64,000 nt of DNA. It comes from Octopus sinensis. Lineage: Eukaryota. The notes beneath the pieces are model-generated. The model made no database searches, had not been told where the DNA came from, and saw nothing but the letters and a program-made list of their open reading frames with translations. The stretch spans positions 41,354,001 through 41,418,000 of the forward strand of contig NC_043010.1 of the NCBI RefSeq assembly GCF_006345805.1. Reading direction: 5' to 3'. Positions 35,291-48,940 of the stretch are shown here, piece after piece (position 1 is the stretch's first letter; each line of letters opens with the position of its first letter). Position numbers and translations under genes: made by a program.

Positions 35291-36274
35291 TAACCATATT
35301 TATATATATGAAATAAATAAATTTGTATAAGATTATTAGAGAATATACAGTAAATAGTAGTTATATAAATTATTTTAATTTATGGAGATTTTAGTATAAT
35401 TTATCGGAGTTAAATCTAAATTTTAGTTTTCTAGGGAAAGATATTATAGTGTATAGTGATTCTATACTCTATTAGTGACTTTATTCTCTTTATCTATTAA
35501 AACTAAAATATATTCGTAGTTTTCATTGAAAAAAATGTATATTTCCATCTGTTTGTTCCATTTCTGTAAACAACGTAATTCCACGAGTTTTTATAAACGC
35601 TTAATAAGAAATTTTTTAGTTAATGATACGCTTTTTGAGAGATATGTAAACTTTGATGATTTAAGAAATATTATTGTACTCTATATAACTATTGATTGTT
35701 AAATATGAATTTATAATTTTTTTTATCTGTTAATGATAATTTAGATATGTACATTTATTTAATTATTTGTAGTTTATAATTATTATATCTGAACGTAAAT
35801 TTTAAGATATTAGTCACATTGCAATCTAGATCTCTATTATACTTAACCTGAAGATTGACTATAATTTAAAATTGAATTCATTTCAATTAAATTTAAATTT
35901 AATTGTAATTCGAATTTAATTATAGCCATAAAACGTACGTAGTTTTTTTTTTTACTTATATATTGATTATTCACTTTTATACTTTTTGTGATCTAGTTAT
36001 ATGTTTTATAAAACTATATTTTATTTATTATTTATGTTTTGCTTTATGTCTCTCATTGTTTGAATTGCATAATAGTGGTTTTATCTCTAATTTATATTTT
36101 ATATATTTATATTGTGAAATTTGATTTAATACTAAATTGAATTTTTCCCTGCAAGTTTGAAGTTATACTCCCTAATATTATATATATATATATATATATA
36201 GGGAGAGAGACAGAGAGAGAGAGAGAGAGATTGTGTGCGTGCGTGTGTGTGTGTGTATGTATGTGTGTGTGCGT

Positions 36275-36305
<31 letters not shown>

Positions 36306-36679
36306 CACATATACACACATACTGAAAATATGTACGTATATGCATTTATGTACGCTTGTATATGAGTATATATGTGTTTATGTATGTATGCATGTATGCA
36401 TGGATGTATGTATATATGTAGATGTATGTATGAATGTATGTATATATGCATGTGCTTGTGTATACATGTATGTGCGTGCGTGCGTGAGCGACGTGTGTAT
36501 TAATAAATGTGCATTTCTATGCCTGTGTCTTAATTCATGGGCTCATACCCCAGGGATTTTTCCCTCACGACTTGCTCATATTTGTAAAATCAGAGTAACC
36601 ACGTTACTGTTTCTGTACTACTTTCGGCCAGCGAATCAAATTCGGATCACCCTCTAACACCTTTAGACTAGAAAAAAAA

Positions 36680-37740
36680 ATGCGGACTAAATTTATGATA
36701 ATGGAAGTAAAAGTACAGAGGGCAAATGAGCTGGATGTAAACTGGAGAAACAGGATGTCAAGCAGTGACATTAATAAACATATTTGAAATTCTTTTGTCT
36801 TTTATATATGTCTCGGCTGCAAAACATTCTTCATGTTTGTTTGGGATACAGTGGCACTGAACACCAATTTTTTTGTAAATCAGCTTCTTTTCATCTTGAA
36901 GAAATTCAAGTTCAGTATTATTCGTGTTGTTATTCCCTTATGTCCCAGCGGATCTTTTCGGTTTGAACGGCAGTTTTTTCTAGCGGTGTCATATGAAATT
37001 GTCACCCATAGTTTTGACCCTAGTATCGATCTATTGCATTTCAATCTGTTTTAGGGTTAGGGTTAGTTAGGGTTAGGGGTGGAGGGAAGGGTATCTTTTT
37101 TTCTTCACAAATGTAAATAAACCCAATCTGTTTCTTAAACGAGGGACATATTCATACGGCACAGAATGCTTTTTAGCTCAATAGACGTCACTAATTGGTT
37201 GAAATTGCAGAAATTGAAGAAAAAAACAACAACAAATATCTTGCAAACTATAAAATTTTCTCAATAAAGCCAAGAGAAAAAGATGTTTTATAAACACATT
37301 CTACCAGTATACGAAGTTTAAAATTTTTTAGTTACCTAGAAATTATGTTAAAAACTGCCGTTCAAACCGAAAAGATCCGTTCCAGCTATTAAGTCAACAG
37401 AAGAATATTAGTGGCACATTCCAGCTGAAATGCCTACCAAGTGCCAGCAATAACAAGCCTGATATAATTACTTGCGACAGAAAAGAAAAATCATGTATAC
37501 TCATATAGGTTAGCAGCCCTGCAGGCGTAAATATCTCTTCTAAAATCAGCGACGAAAATCTTTATGGACAAGTGCTTCGAAATCTACCACCTCTCTGCTT
37601 TGATTATAAATTCACATTTATGCCAATAACCATTGATGCACTTGTTAGTACATGTCTAAGGAACAATGTAGAAAAACTAGGATTTTCAAGCAAAGAAATC
37701 GGCTAACGCGCACTTTATAGATACAATCTACGAATGGAAA
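36680..37740 (+). mobile_element. Degenerate RLE-type LINE 3' fragment interrupted by the MITE
   Basis: NNKPDIITCDRKEKSCILI..SSPA..N.....ENLYGQVLRNL...YKFTFMPI. The same family occurs at about 47180-47460. Confidence 0.55.
36950..37378. mobile_element. Complete 429-bp MITE with about 29-bp TIRs, an 8-bp TSD and an internal TTAGGG tract
   Basis: GGATCTTTTCGGTTTGAACGGCAGTTTTT ... AAAAACTGCCGTTCAAACCGAAAAGATCC. The flanks are GTCCCAGC (36942-36949) and GTTCCAGC (37379-37386). Confidence 0.9.
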
Positions 37741-37859
37741 AGTAAAAAAATATAATTCAAAACTTCCCTAAATTCAATATGTAACAATTGTCGTTAACCA
37801 AATTTCAGCTCCTTTCTTCTCGAAAAATTCTAATAGATAAAAAAGTGAAGAAATTTGCA

Positions 37860-38003
37860 TCATCCATCCATCCATCCATCCATCCATCCATCCATCCATC
37901 CATCCATCCATCCATCCATCCATCCATCCATCCATCCATCCATCCATCCATCCTCCCATCCATCCATCCATCCATCCATCCATCCATCCATCCATCCATC
38001 CAT
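37860..38003. repeat. (CATC)n microsatellite
   Basis: Direct reading. Confidence 0.95.
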
Positions 38004-38394
38004 CTGCACGTGATTCTACCAGAGAATTAGCTTAAGGGAACAGATAGAAATAGTATGGCATTGTGTCTGAAAAGGATTTTCCATTTGGAGTACAATCCAT
38101 TTGATGGGATTCCATACAATTTCTTTTTACCCAGTTTCCCATTTCACTTACAGGTTCGAGATGATAGAGAATGACTCTTGCATAAGATGCTACGCCGTGG
38201 GAGGCAACCTAGGATATTATAGCCGCGAAGGGAACTTTTGTAACCATTTGGTTAATGCACACACTCACATTCATGCACACATACACACGCACAAGCACAC
38301 TAACACATATACATACAGAGACAAGTATTTGCGCATGTCTCGATTCTTTCTCTCTCTCTCTATGTGTCTGCGTGTGTGTGTATGTGTGAGTGAA

Positions 38395-38399
38395 TAAGT

Positions 38400-38434
<35 letters not shown>

Positions 38435-38442
38435 GAGAGAGA

Positions 38443-38473
<31 letters not shown>

Positions 38474-38497
38474 AAGAGAGAGAGAGAAAGTGTGTGT

Positions 38498-38581
<84 letters not shown>
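38395..38581. repeat. (GA)n microsatellite
   Basis: Direct reading. Confidence 0.95.
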
Positions 38582-38583
<2 letters not shown>

Positions 38584-38849
38584 AAACACGATCTTTTAAT
38601 TCCGAACATAAGATTCATAATGGAGTGGGAATTAACATCATCCATGTCATGAGACAAAAAGTTTTCGAAAACTAAAATTACACCTTTGCTAATGCAAATT
38701 ATTTATAACTGATTCTTGTTTAAAATGCATGGGAAATTACTGCGAAAATTTAATTTAAAGTCTTGCCTTACTCTTGTATCAACCATTAACCATCAACCAT
38801 CAGCTATTAGTTAATCATCAACTACCAACCGTCGTCCATCAACCAACAA

Positions 38850-39400
38850 CCAGCAACTAGCATCTAGCAGGATAAATTTCGTTTTGAAAAACAATCCATC
38901 TGTTGGCAAAGTCACAAGACAGAAGCAAACATCGGTAAACAAAATATAACTCCTACTCCGTCTTGGTATTTGTCAGAATCATGAAAAGGAATATTTAGAA
39001 ATAACTTTAACTTCATTAATATACGGAAATCTATGTTAACCTCATTGCTATACAATAACCGAGGGAGAATGTTAAATTCTCCTTCCACGTGTCCTAGGTT
39101 GCCTCCCAACGGGGTTCTCTCCAAAACAGTGTTTATCTCAGCATTTAGCGGCATTAATCGGATAATGAGAGACAGTTATGTACGATATGTCCCGAAACAA
39201 TGCCTGTCTACAGGTGGCAAACGTGCTCAAGATCTGAAGATCTGATACCTGTTACTTCTGACAACTAGGCGCATGGAGAGTTTAAGTAATACTTCTTAAG
39301 TCTTCTTCCATTACACTGCATCGCCACTCTTAGCCAAAACTTTAGAAAATAACATATGTAGCTGCTATTGAACTCGTAACCAAGAATAGTTGATGGTTAA
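38850..39400 (-). mobile_element. Highly degenerate PIF1/Helitron-type helicase remnant
   Basis: RTPLGGNLGHVEGEFNILP resembles PFGGK....GGDF.QILP. Upstream there are faint VVA.TGI-like readings. Confidence 0.35.
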
Positions 39401-39798
39401 ATCTTTTCTTTTATTTCATAACCCAAGGGTGTACATACATCTGTATACTAATGTACAAAGACACAATGGTGTTGTAGGAATGTAGTGTGGTGGGGTAGTG
39501 TAGCGTAGTGTGGGGTATAAATGAAGGTAGTGCCGGTGTAGTACAGATGGTGTTGGTGAGAATGCGGGTGATGTGGAGTGGTTGTCTGGTAGAGTAATGT
39601 AGTGTTTGTTGGTAGTTTATTGTGGTTATGTGCTGGTATTGACCGCGCTGAGAACACCAGGTCACGTGATTTCGACCTTCCCCTGTCTTGTCAGCGATGG
39701 ACACTCGACTGCTAGAGATAGCAGCAATTCACTTTTCAACCAACGGTATATAGAATAATAGTGCCAGAACAGGCGCTGTTTTTGCGGTTAGACAGTGG

Positions 39799-39842
<44 letters not shown>

Positions 39843-40111
39843 TATATATATATAGTTAATCCAACATGAAAGCACAAAAAAAAAACACAACAACGCGAGG
39901 ACGTGGAACAAATATAGTATTATTGGACACTCAGGAAGAAGGAAAGAAGGAGGGTTTAACGTTTCGTTTTGAGTGGAGCTCTTCGTCGGAAACAGGAGAA
40001 GGAAAGATCCAGAGAAGGGAAGACAGAGGAAAAAAATCGCCAACGGTACACACGCGGTGTCGCTAATATATATATAAATAAATATATATATATATATATA
40101 TCTATATATAT

Positions 40112-40165
<54 letters not shown>

Positions 40166-41044
40166 GTGTGTGTATATTAGCGACAGGAGCAGTAATAAAA
40201 CCGAGATGTAATATTTATTCCCACTTAAGCATAGATGTTCTGTTAGAACAAGTTATACTGCAGTAGATACTATGAGAGAAATTCTCATATAGGCTTTTGA
40301 TACAAAATGTATTCTTGTTTATATCACTAGAGGGGGGAGACAAACACCCTCCACCTCCAACGCTGAAACCACCGGATTTCGACTAAATCACGTAATTCAT
40401 CTCTTCGTCAGCGACATAAACAAAAGTGCATTTTGCACCAAAAACCATGGTATCTACCGCTGAATAATTTGTTCCAACAGAACATCCACGTTTAAGTGGT
40501 GATAAATGTCACCTCTCGGTATTCATACTTCTTCTACTGCTAATATATACTTTTTTAAAGTATATATTTAGTGCCTTATTATTTAACACACTCACCGGTA
40601 AAATTTCCACTCATTTACTTAATAATTTTTCTAAAATTTTCATTGCGTCTTGCGACCTTTTGAATAGTTGTTGACCCTGTCCGTTATTCAAGCTGCGTTC
40701 TTTTTGTTTGTGCGCAAGTGTGTGGGTCAGTGTGTGTGCGCATGTATATATGTATGTATGTGTGTAAATTTGTATGTATTCTGCATAGTCACGTGTTTGT
40801 GTGTTTGTGTGTTCATGTTTGTGTGTTTTTATGTGCGTGTGTGTGTTTGCATGTGTGTGTGTACCTCTGTGTCCTAGTGTGAAGTGTGTGTGTGCATATG
40901 TTCATGTGTTTCAGTCTTCATTTGCGTACGTGTGTGTACGTGTGCTTATATGTTCATATTACCTATGTACCTATCCGTCAGTGTGTCTATCTGTTTACTT
41001 TCATATCCATTTGCCTACATAGATGCGCATACACACACACACAC

Positions 41045-41083
<39 letters not shown>

Positions 41084-41149
41084 ACATCTACATAACAGCC
41101 GACACTAACTATCCTACCTGTATATAAATATAAACTGTAGATGTGGGAG

Positions 41150-42230
41150 TATGATTATCTGCTGCGTATATTTCCTATTTAGTACTGGAGATGTTTCATT
41201 TATGAGGACGCACTCCTGTATTTGTCTGAGTGTTGGGCCCTTCGGATAAAATGCAGATGTCAAGTTGTCCCAGGTTGCCTCCATGCTGGTCCTTGGCATG
41301 TTGGTAGAGTATGGAAGACTGTTTTTTTTTGTCGTCATATTGTCTCAAATGTTCAATTAGTCTTTCCGCAATGCTCCTAGATGTCTCCCAAGCAACTTTT
41401 ATGCATTTTAAGCTGTAGAGTACATTTCTAGTTCTACAGTTAATGCCAGTGCTAATCCTACATACCATGCAGTTATCATTGGTGCATATGGTATTCTCAA
41501 AGGGGTACGTCCTACATAGTTGTGACCTGATGGAGTTCCTTAGCTTTTCAACAATCTTAATGTTGAGCTTGGTCTCCTTCAGAGTTTTCCTAAATCTACG
41601 GGCAAGTTCTCCATGGGCTGTAGCCTCTACAAACATCACTCCTTGATATTTGTCTGTTTTATACTACGTGTTCACCCTGTTTGCTTTGTCACAAGCTCTT
41701 TGTATCCTATTCCAGTCTTTGCTTCTATATCTAGGCCAAGTAAATTTTTTTCATTACATATAATGTTATCTAACTTCTTTCTAGCACTCCTGTATACTCG
41801 AACCCTATCTTTCTGATCATATCCAGAGAATTGTATGCGGTGCATGAAGTCCTGTACATGTTTCTTCGTTTCATAAGCTTTACATAGTGGGAACACATTG
41901 CTCCTTATCCTAACTAAATCTGCTATCAGTATGTTAACTTTCATGTTGTATGACAAAGCTGAGTTCTTGTGAACAACATATTTCGAAGCTATGGTTTTCA
42001 TGTAATAGGAGTGGAGGATTTGCACTCTTGTTGTTCACAGTCTCTAACCAAAGTTCAGTATCAAGGACGGGAGTATATTTTTGAGGTGCCTAGTGGGGGT
42101 AATCTATTGTTACCGTGATACTTTGGTGGATGGAGTTAGCTACTTGCTGGATACTCTCCATTATGTTCCTCTCAGTTTCTACATTACCGTTACTAGAGTT
42201 ACTCTTAACTATGATATTAATGTCATCTAC
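41150..42230 (-). mobile_element. Penelope-like element fragment (RT thumb + GIY-YIG)
   Basis: VANSIHQSITVTIDYP, ILHSYYMK..SKYVVHKNSA..RIQFSGY, C..C....NCRTRNVLYSLKC...ETSRSIAERLIEH...LYQHAKDQH. Confidence 0.8.
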
Positions 42231-42250
42231 TGTACACACACACACACACG

Positions 42251-42330
<80 letters not shown>

Positions 42331-42339
42331 AGACAGACA

Positions 42340-42549
42340 TGACTAGGGTGTTAGGAAACACTTCATTAGTTAACCCTGCTCGGAAATTGCCAAAACTGAC
42401 GTCAGTATTAAAAATTCTCGATCGCCACTTTTTGGACGATTATTGTCCCTGCTATTGTATATGTTTTTATTCATGTACGTTAACTACAGCATTAGAAGTA
42501 TTTAGCTCTTATTTCTAGCAATGTAGGTGTTTCCTAAACACCCTAGTCA
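42340..42549. mobile_element. About 210-bp MITE-like element with 22-23-bp TIRs
   Basis: TGACTAGGGTGTTAGGAAACAC ... GTGTTTCCTAAACACCCTAGTCA. No TSD found. Confidence 0.6.
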
Positions 42550-42849
42550 CATTTAGTGACAATTAGAATTCTCCTTTTTGGTGAAACATTGTAAGCTGTT
42601 GTTTATATTAATTTTATATACATATATATGGATATATATACAATGAAATAAGTATAAAAATGTGCATTGTCCGTTTAATTAAAAAATTCTATATGTGGCT
42701 GAAGATTGCTCAACATTTTAAAACTGATGTAATACTTAGTGCTTAATAAAACGAAGTAGCATGAAACGATTGTACTACACTACCTTGGATATCCTTGTTG
42801 CTTATTTTGATTATATATATAAGTATATATATATATATATATGTCTGTG

Positions 42850-43127
42850 TGTGGACTCGCGGTCATAGGATCGTGGTTTCGTTTCCCAGACTGGGCGTTG
42901 TGAGTGTTTATTGAGCGAAAACACCTAAAAGATCCACGAGGCTCCGGCAGGGGTGGTGGCGGTCCCTGCTGTACCCTTTCGCCACAACCTTCTCTCACTC
43001 ATTCTTCTGCTGGCCTGCTCGCTTAGCCAGCGGGGTGGCGTCATTTGAAGGCTAAAACAATGCGAAGCGCATTGTGACCAGCGATGTGTAGCAACATCTG
43101 ATAGCCTGGGCGGTCACGGTGATCACG

Positions 43128-43132
<5 letters not shown>
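42850..43132 (+). mobile_element. tRNA-related SINE (family 4)
   Basis: Box-B-like GGTTTCGTTTCCC, a GC-rich body, and a CACGGTGAT tandem tail followed by (TA)n. Confidence 0.55.
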
Positions 43133-43187
<55 letters not shown>

Positions 43188-43191
<4 letters not shown>

Positions 43192-43407
43192 GTGACAATT
43201 ATTCGATAGCCATGATAAAACTCCGAGTTTCGGATGCCGAGGTGGAAATCCACGCTGCCATCTCTTCAGTTATTCGGCCATCGGAAAAATGCTATGAAAA
43301 ATGCATTTTTCCGATGACCGAATAACTGAAGAGATGGCGGCGTGGATTTCCACCTTGGCATCCGAAACTCGGAGTTTTATCATGGCTACCGAATAATTGT
43401 CATATAT
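43188..43407. mobile_element. 220-bp palindromic element (105-bp arms, 10-nt loop) with a hammerhead motif in each arm
   Basis: Arms 43188-43292 and 43303-43407 differ by 5 transitions. Confidence 0.85.
43322..43380 (+). ncRNA. Type I hammerhead motif (mirror copy at 43215-43273 on the minus strand)
   Basis: ATAA-CTGAAGA-GATG..GTGG-ATTT-CCAC..CATC-C-GAAAC-TC-G-GA-GT-T-TTAT. One extra C sits before GAAA. Confidence 0.6.
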
Positions 43408-43921
43408 TACATTTACAAATAAATTCCTCTATTTACATAATATCGAGGTCTCTTTCTTTCTTTTGTTGTCTCACCGTTTTGAAAATATAGTAAACTAGCT
43501 TACGAGTCGAGTGATTATTCATACAAGAGTGGATGATGAAATGTTGAACCTGAGCTAAATTACATTAGGAAGTGCTGTAAATATATATTCTTGAATTTAT
43601 TTTCCTTGATGATACAGTTATAACGGCTCATTTCCTGGACGATCCAGATAATTGCGCGTCATTTTGAATGTGTGACCACAGCATTTGACCTTTAAATCAG
43701 AAAAATGAAGTCATGAATCAGCTCGTACCTTTTGCCAGAACGAGGACCTATAATGGTTTTGATGTCCTTTAAGTGTCGTGAAAGAGTTAACGTATTTGGG
43801 TAGAAAAAATTCTAATGACAACATCTCAAAGGGGCTTACTAAACCTAGTCAGCTTCGGCATCATTTGGAAAGCTCAGTGAACACCCGTGGAAGCACGATG
43901 GTGTAGTGTGTGTGTGTGTGT

Positions 43922-43962
<41 letters not shown>

Positions 43963-44039
43963 CATAATAAAAAGGGCACAATATATAAATGTAGACCTAT
44001 TTATAAGTAATTCGTTAGAATTTAAGCTTTCTTATTATA

Positions 44040-44215
44040 GTGATTTCAAATTTTGGCACAAGGACAGAAATTTCAAGGAGTGGGTAAATCGATTACACCA
44101 ACCCCGGTGCTCAACTGAAAGGCAAAGTTGACTTCGGCGGAACTTTGAATTCAGAACGTAAAGACAAACGAAATGCCGCTAAGCATTATGCCCGGCATGC
44201 TAACGAACCTGTCGC
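44040..44215 (-). mobile_element. Family-1 SINE with internal deletion
   Basis: GATTTCAAATTTTGGCACAAG tail and GAAATGCCGCTAAGCAT head as in the 10266 copy. The core is partly missing. Confidence 0.75.
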
Positions 44216-44349
44216 CTCAAGCTTTCTTGTACATACATATCCCACAATCGTTTGGGTTATTCTACTTTCATAGATATTCGGTGGGCTTGGGAAAGGCAGT
44301 TATTTTATGGAAAATTATAAAAAGTTCATAACTATCGTTATGAATGGGA

Positions 44350-44411
<62 letters not shown>

Positions 44412-44915
44412 CCTTCTGTCTGTCTGACTGCCTGCCTGTCTGTCTGTCTGCCTGACTGCCTGTCTGTCTGCCTGCTTACCTGCCTGCCTGTCTGTCTGTA
44501 TGTGTACGTACACACGCACTAATTTGATCACTTTTATTGGTTTGTTTTCGTATCTGCGTGATAGACTCTTGTAGTTCGTGTCCAAATAAGCTACAAGGGT
44601 CTGGAGTCTGGATACGTAGATCCCCAAAACAACACAAAACAAAACCTTAATGAAAATAAATGAAAATAGAAGAAAATTGAAAATAGTCGTGTTTTTAATA
44701 TCATATTTGCGAGCATGTGCACACACATACTTGCATATACATATCCCACATTCACACCTACATATAAAACAAAATTCATGCTTTTCATTTCGATTGCTCC
44801 CCCCTCTCCCAAAATTTCGGGCCCTGTGCCTAGAGTAGAAAAGGATATTATGAGTGAAACTCCTGAATTAGAGTGAAAGCATATAACTATTATTCTGTGG
44901 CACAACAGCTGAAGA

Positions 44916-44934
<19 letters not shown>

Positions 44935-44948
<14 letters not shown>

Positions 44949-45125
44949 TATCACCGTTTAACGTCCGTTCTCCATGCTAGCATGGGTTGGACGGGTCGAC
45001 CGGGATCTGGGAAGCCAGAAGGCTGCACCAGGCTCCAGTCTTATCTGGCAGTGTTTCTACAGCTGGATGCCCTTCCTAACGCCAACCACTCCGAGAGTGT
45101 AGTGGGTGCTTTTTACGTGCCACAG
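44935..45125 (-). mobile_element. SINE 3' region (family 3) with (TGA)n tail
   Basis: The minus strand reads GGAAGGGCATCCAGCTGTAGAAAC...CCCATGCTAGCATGGAGAACGGACGTTAAAC, then TGA repeats. Confidence 0.7.
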
Positions 45126-45176
45126 GCACATACATACATACATACATACATACATACATACATACATACATACAAC

Positions 45177-45207
<31 letters not shown>

Positions 45208-47179
45208 CATACATACATACATACATACATACATACATACATGTATACATACATACATGCATATGCACATACATATATTTATATGTATATGCACACATAC
45301 AGATGCGCGCACACAGACTTATGTGTATGTGTGCCTCTAGGATTATCAAGTCTTGCTGGCAGTGTTTGATCTTCGACTATAGCATCTCTATTATCTACTT
45401 TTAAGGCATTAAACATTTTTATCTCTTTTGCTGGAAGGTTACTGAAAACCGACTGAAATTTGTAATGAATGAAAGGACGAGTGTTCATATGTATTGCATC
45501 AGAAATGTCTGCTATACATTAATGCTACAACTACAACAGGCTTGCAGCATAGTTGACTCAAAGGAACAACCTTTGTACATTATCCAGGGACAATCTCTTT
45601 TCTAAGGCTCGTAGACGCTTCTCAGGTGTGCATTTATGTCTATCAAACTTAAAGTAATGGAAATTTAAGTCACAAAATATTACTATAATATCCTTCCTGT
45701 CTCACACAGAAACTCTCATACACTTATATAATGTTTCTTTTTGCAAAACATATATGACACAGCGATGCTACGAATTGGATGCATGCGATTATAAGACTTC
45801 TTTTTCTGCATTGCTGATTGTCTATGTAAGCGAGACATATAAACAAACATATTGATAGAGGTTGACAATGTGACTTTGACTCATATCTTTGTAGGAATGG
45901 CGCCGTTACAGAAGAAAGGCACAGCAATTGTTGTTGTTAGTGATGATATCATTATAGTTGCTATTATTGATCACCTGATCTACTACACTAAGAACTGCCA
46001 CCCGATCAATCATACAATTGATATGTATGATTGATCTTTGTAACAGATGGAATAATAAAAAGTAACCCACAAGTTGGAGAACAATCTGCACACTTTCAAA
46101 TTGTGGTTGCTACATCATCATCATTGTTCGACCGTGGTCGAGACTTTCATAGTCTTTTCAAATGGCTAATAATGTGTGCGCGCGCCACTACTACACACAT
46201 TGGAAAGCATTGTACAACCAAGCACTAAAGAAGATCTTTCCTCCTCCATGAAACAAAGCTGTTCCTGCTGGACGTCAACCCAGTATTTCTAAGCTACGGA
46301 CCCAGTGATTTATTGTAAGGTTATCTCCCTAGATAGATTGCCTTCACTACGGCTAAGGAGCCCTTTCTACCCCATTGCTACAATGGTGTGATGGTGAGGA
46401 TAAGTCTGGGTGGTAGGCTCATTGTGAGGTGATGTTGTGTGGTGGTGTGGTGCAATGGTAAGGACATTTTCCATGATTGTATGGGGTGATAGCGAAGTCA
46501 TGTTGCGTACTGGTATAGTGTGACAGCGAAGTTATATGGTGATGTGGTTGTGAGTATATGTTGTGTGATAGTGGTATAGTGAAGACATGATATGTGGAAG
46601 GGTAACGTAGTAGTCAGATAATAGTTTGTTGTGGAGTTTACCTCTGAGGATATATTGTGTAATGGTGGAATGTGGTAGTTTGGACATGCTGAGTGTATAG
46701 ATGTTCCATGCAAACCTAAGCTCGCTGGACGGACCTATCTGGACAGAGATTTGGAGGCGAACTACTCATTGTTCCAGCAGATGATGCATGAGTGCATATC
46801 CCACAAGCTAGATAACACCAGCAACATTGACAAAAGTAGTGGTCTTTCCTGGAGCTGCGTCAAAGAAGGCTCTGCCTTTACTCTCTAGGAACAGGAGATT
46901 GCAGCTAGGTACCCGATGAACAAGAGAATAGAAATGTCTCTAGACCTTCATGCTGTGATAGAAAACGTCGATTATGCTATACCAGTGTGAAGGATATCGC
47001 CCAAATTATTAGCAGTATAAAAAAATATCTGTAAGATATTACCTTCTCATGAGACATGATATTATCGCAAAGACAATGCTATATGGAAGGACTGCTCTGA
47101 CGGTCATAACAAAGGCATAACAGAATTGGAATGCATTTACACTTATATAAAGAAGAATAGTCATGGAACAGCCCAATAA

Positions 47180-47460
47180 GAACAACAATCTGGTGTATTC
47201 GCAATGGGCCAGATATTGTTCTACAGGACAGAAAGCATATGATATGCTCTGTAGTTGAGTTTAGTTGCCAAGTTGATCTGAATGTTATATCAAGAACTTT
47301 AGGAAAAGAAAACGTTTATGGAGAAGTAATAAGAAGCTTGCAGAACTTATACCTAGACATTCTCATTCTTACACATTATCATAGGCGTTCTGGGCTGTAT
47401 AACGGATTTGCATCAACATTTAGTAAAACTGGGGCTCTACAAAAAAAGAACAAGCCAAAT
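47180..47460 (+). mobile_element. RLE-type LINE endonuclease fragment
   Basis: PDIVLQDRKHMICSVVEFSC..DLNV...KENVYGEVIRSLQNLY...IIGVLG. Confidence 0.65.
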
Positions 47461-47889
47461 TAGTCTGTTCTCCAAATCCGATCAATCTGGTAGATTTAAA
47501 ATTTACAAAACGTTCCAGCGATTCGTCATGTGAATTTTCCATGCTAAACAAATGGAAAATATGTGAAACGCTTCAGGGACTCCATGTGAATTTCCTGGGC
47601 CAGACATACGCACATATCTTCACATACATATGAAATGTATGATCCACACATATAAGAATGAAACAAAAATACTTGTATACTAAAGTCTAAAGAGTGTATA
47701 GCAGAGAGATTTGTATACTGAAGTGAAACACATATCTACCACACATATTCACCCATGAGCACAAACATGTATATATACATGTATCAACCGATTCAAACAA
47801 CTACAAACGTCCAGCATCCGTCTTACTTGAAAGAAAAGCCAGTTTGAATTCTCCATATAGAAAAAAATGAAATAAATTCTAAAGAACAT

Positions 47890-48405
47890 ATACATACATA
47901 TACATACATACATATACATACATACATACATACATACATACATACATACATACATGCATGCATGCATGCATACATGCATGCATGCATACATACATGCATG
48001 CATGCATACATACATACATACATACATACATACATACATACATACATACATACATACATACATGCATGCATACATATATACATACATACATGCATGCATA
48101 CATATATACATACACATTTGCATGCATACACACATACCTACATACGTACATACATACATACATACATGCATGCATGCATGCATACATACATACATACAAA
48201 TATACATACGTGCATACGTGCATACGTACATACGTACATACGTGCATACGTGCATACGTGCATACATACATACATACATACATACATACATACATACATA
48301 CATACATACATACATACATACATACATACATACATACATACATACATACATACATACATACATACATACATACATACATACATACATACATACATACATA
48401 CTACA

Positions 48406-48437
<32 letters not shown>

Positions 48438-48598
48438 CATACATACATACATACATAATACATACATACATACAACATACATACATACATACATACATAC
48501 ATACATACATACATACATACATACATACATACATACATACATACATACATACATACATACATACATACATACATACATACATACATAACATACATACA
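47890..48598. repeat. About 700-bp (TACA)n/(TGCA)n compound array
   Basis: Direct reading. Confidence 0.95.
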
Positions 48599-48719
48599 TC
48601 GAGGCAGACAGAAAGGTATACTATCTGAAGTAAGAAAATACTGTAGAAAACGTATGACTGTGTAGCTTGATTATACAAAAAAAAAAAAAAAAAAAGAAAG
48701 AGCACTTGACGCTACTACA

Positions 48720-48940
48720 TATTTCTTTACTACCCACAAGGGGCTAAACACAGAGGGGACAAACAAGGGGATTAAGTCGATTATATCGACCCCAGTGCGT
48801 AACTGGTGCTTAATTTATCGACCTCGAAAGGATGAAAGGCAAAGTCGACCTCAGCGGAATTTGAACTCAGAACGTACGGTAGACGAAATACCGCAAAGCA
48901 TTTCGCCCGGCGAGCTAACGTTTCTGCCAGCTCGCCGCCT
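48720..48940 (-). mobile_element. Full-length family-1 SINE
   Basis: Head, core and tail as in the 60770 copy. It is flanked by ACTTGACGCTA(C/A)TAC repeats. Confidence 0.88.

Noticed and set aside
35300-36130. Very AT-rich stretch considered as a mitochondrial insertion or PLE N-terminus
   Set aside because: No recognisable mitochondrial gene motif. There is only a vague PLE-like reading on the minus strand, too weak to call.
37060-37090. TTAGGG repeats as a true telomere or chromosome-fusion scar
   Set aside because: Only a few units, inside a MITE and repeated in another copy of it.
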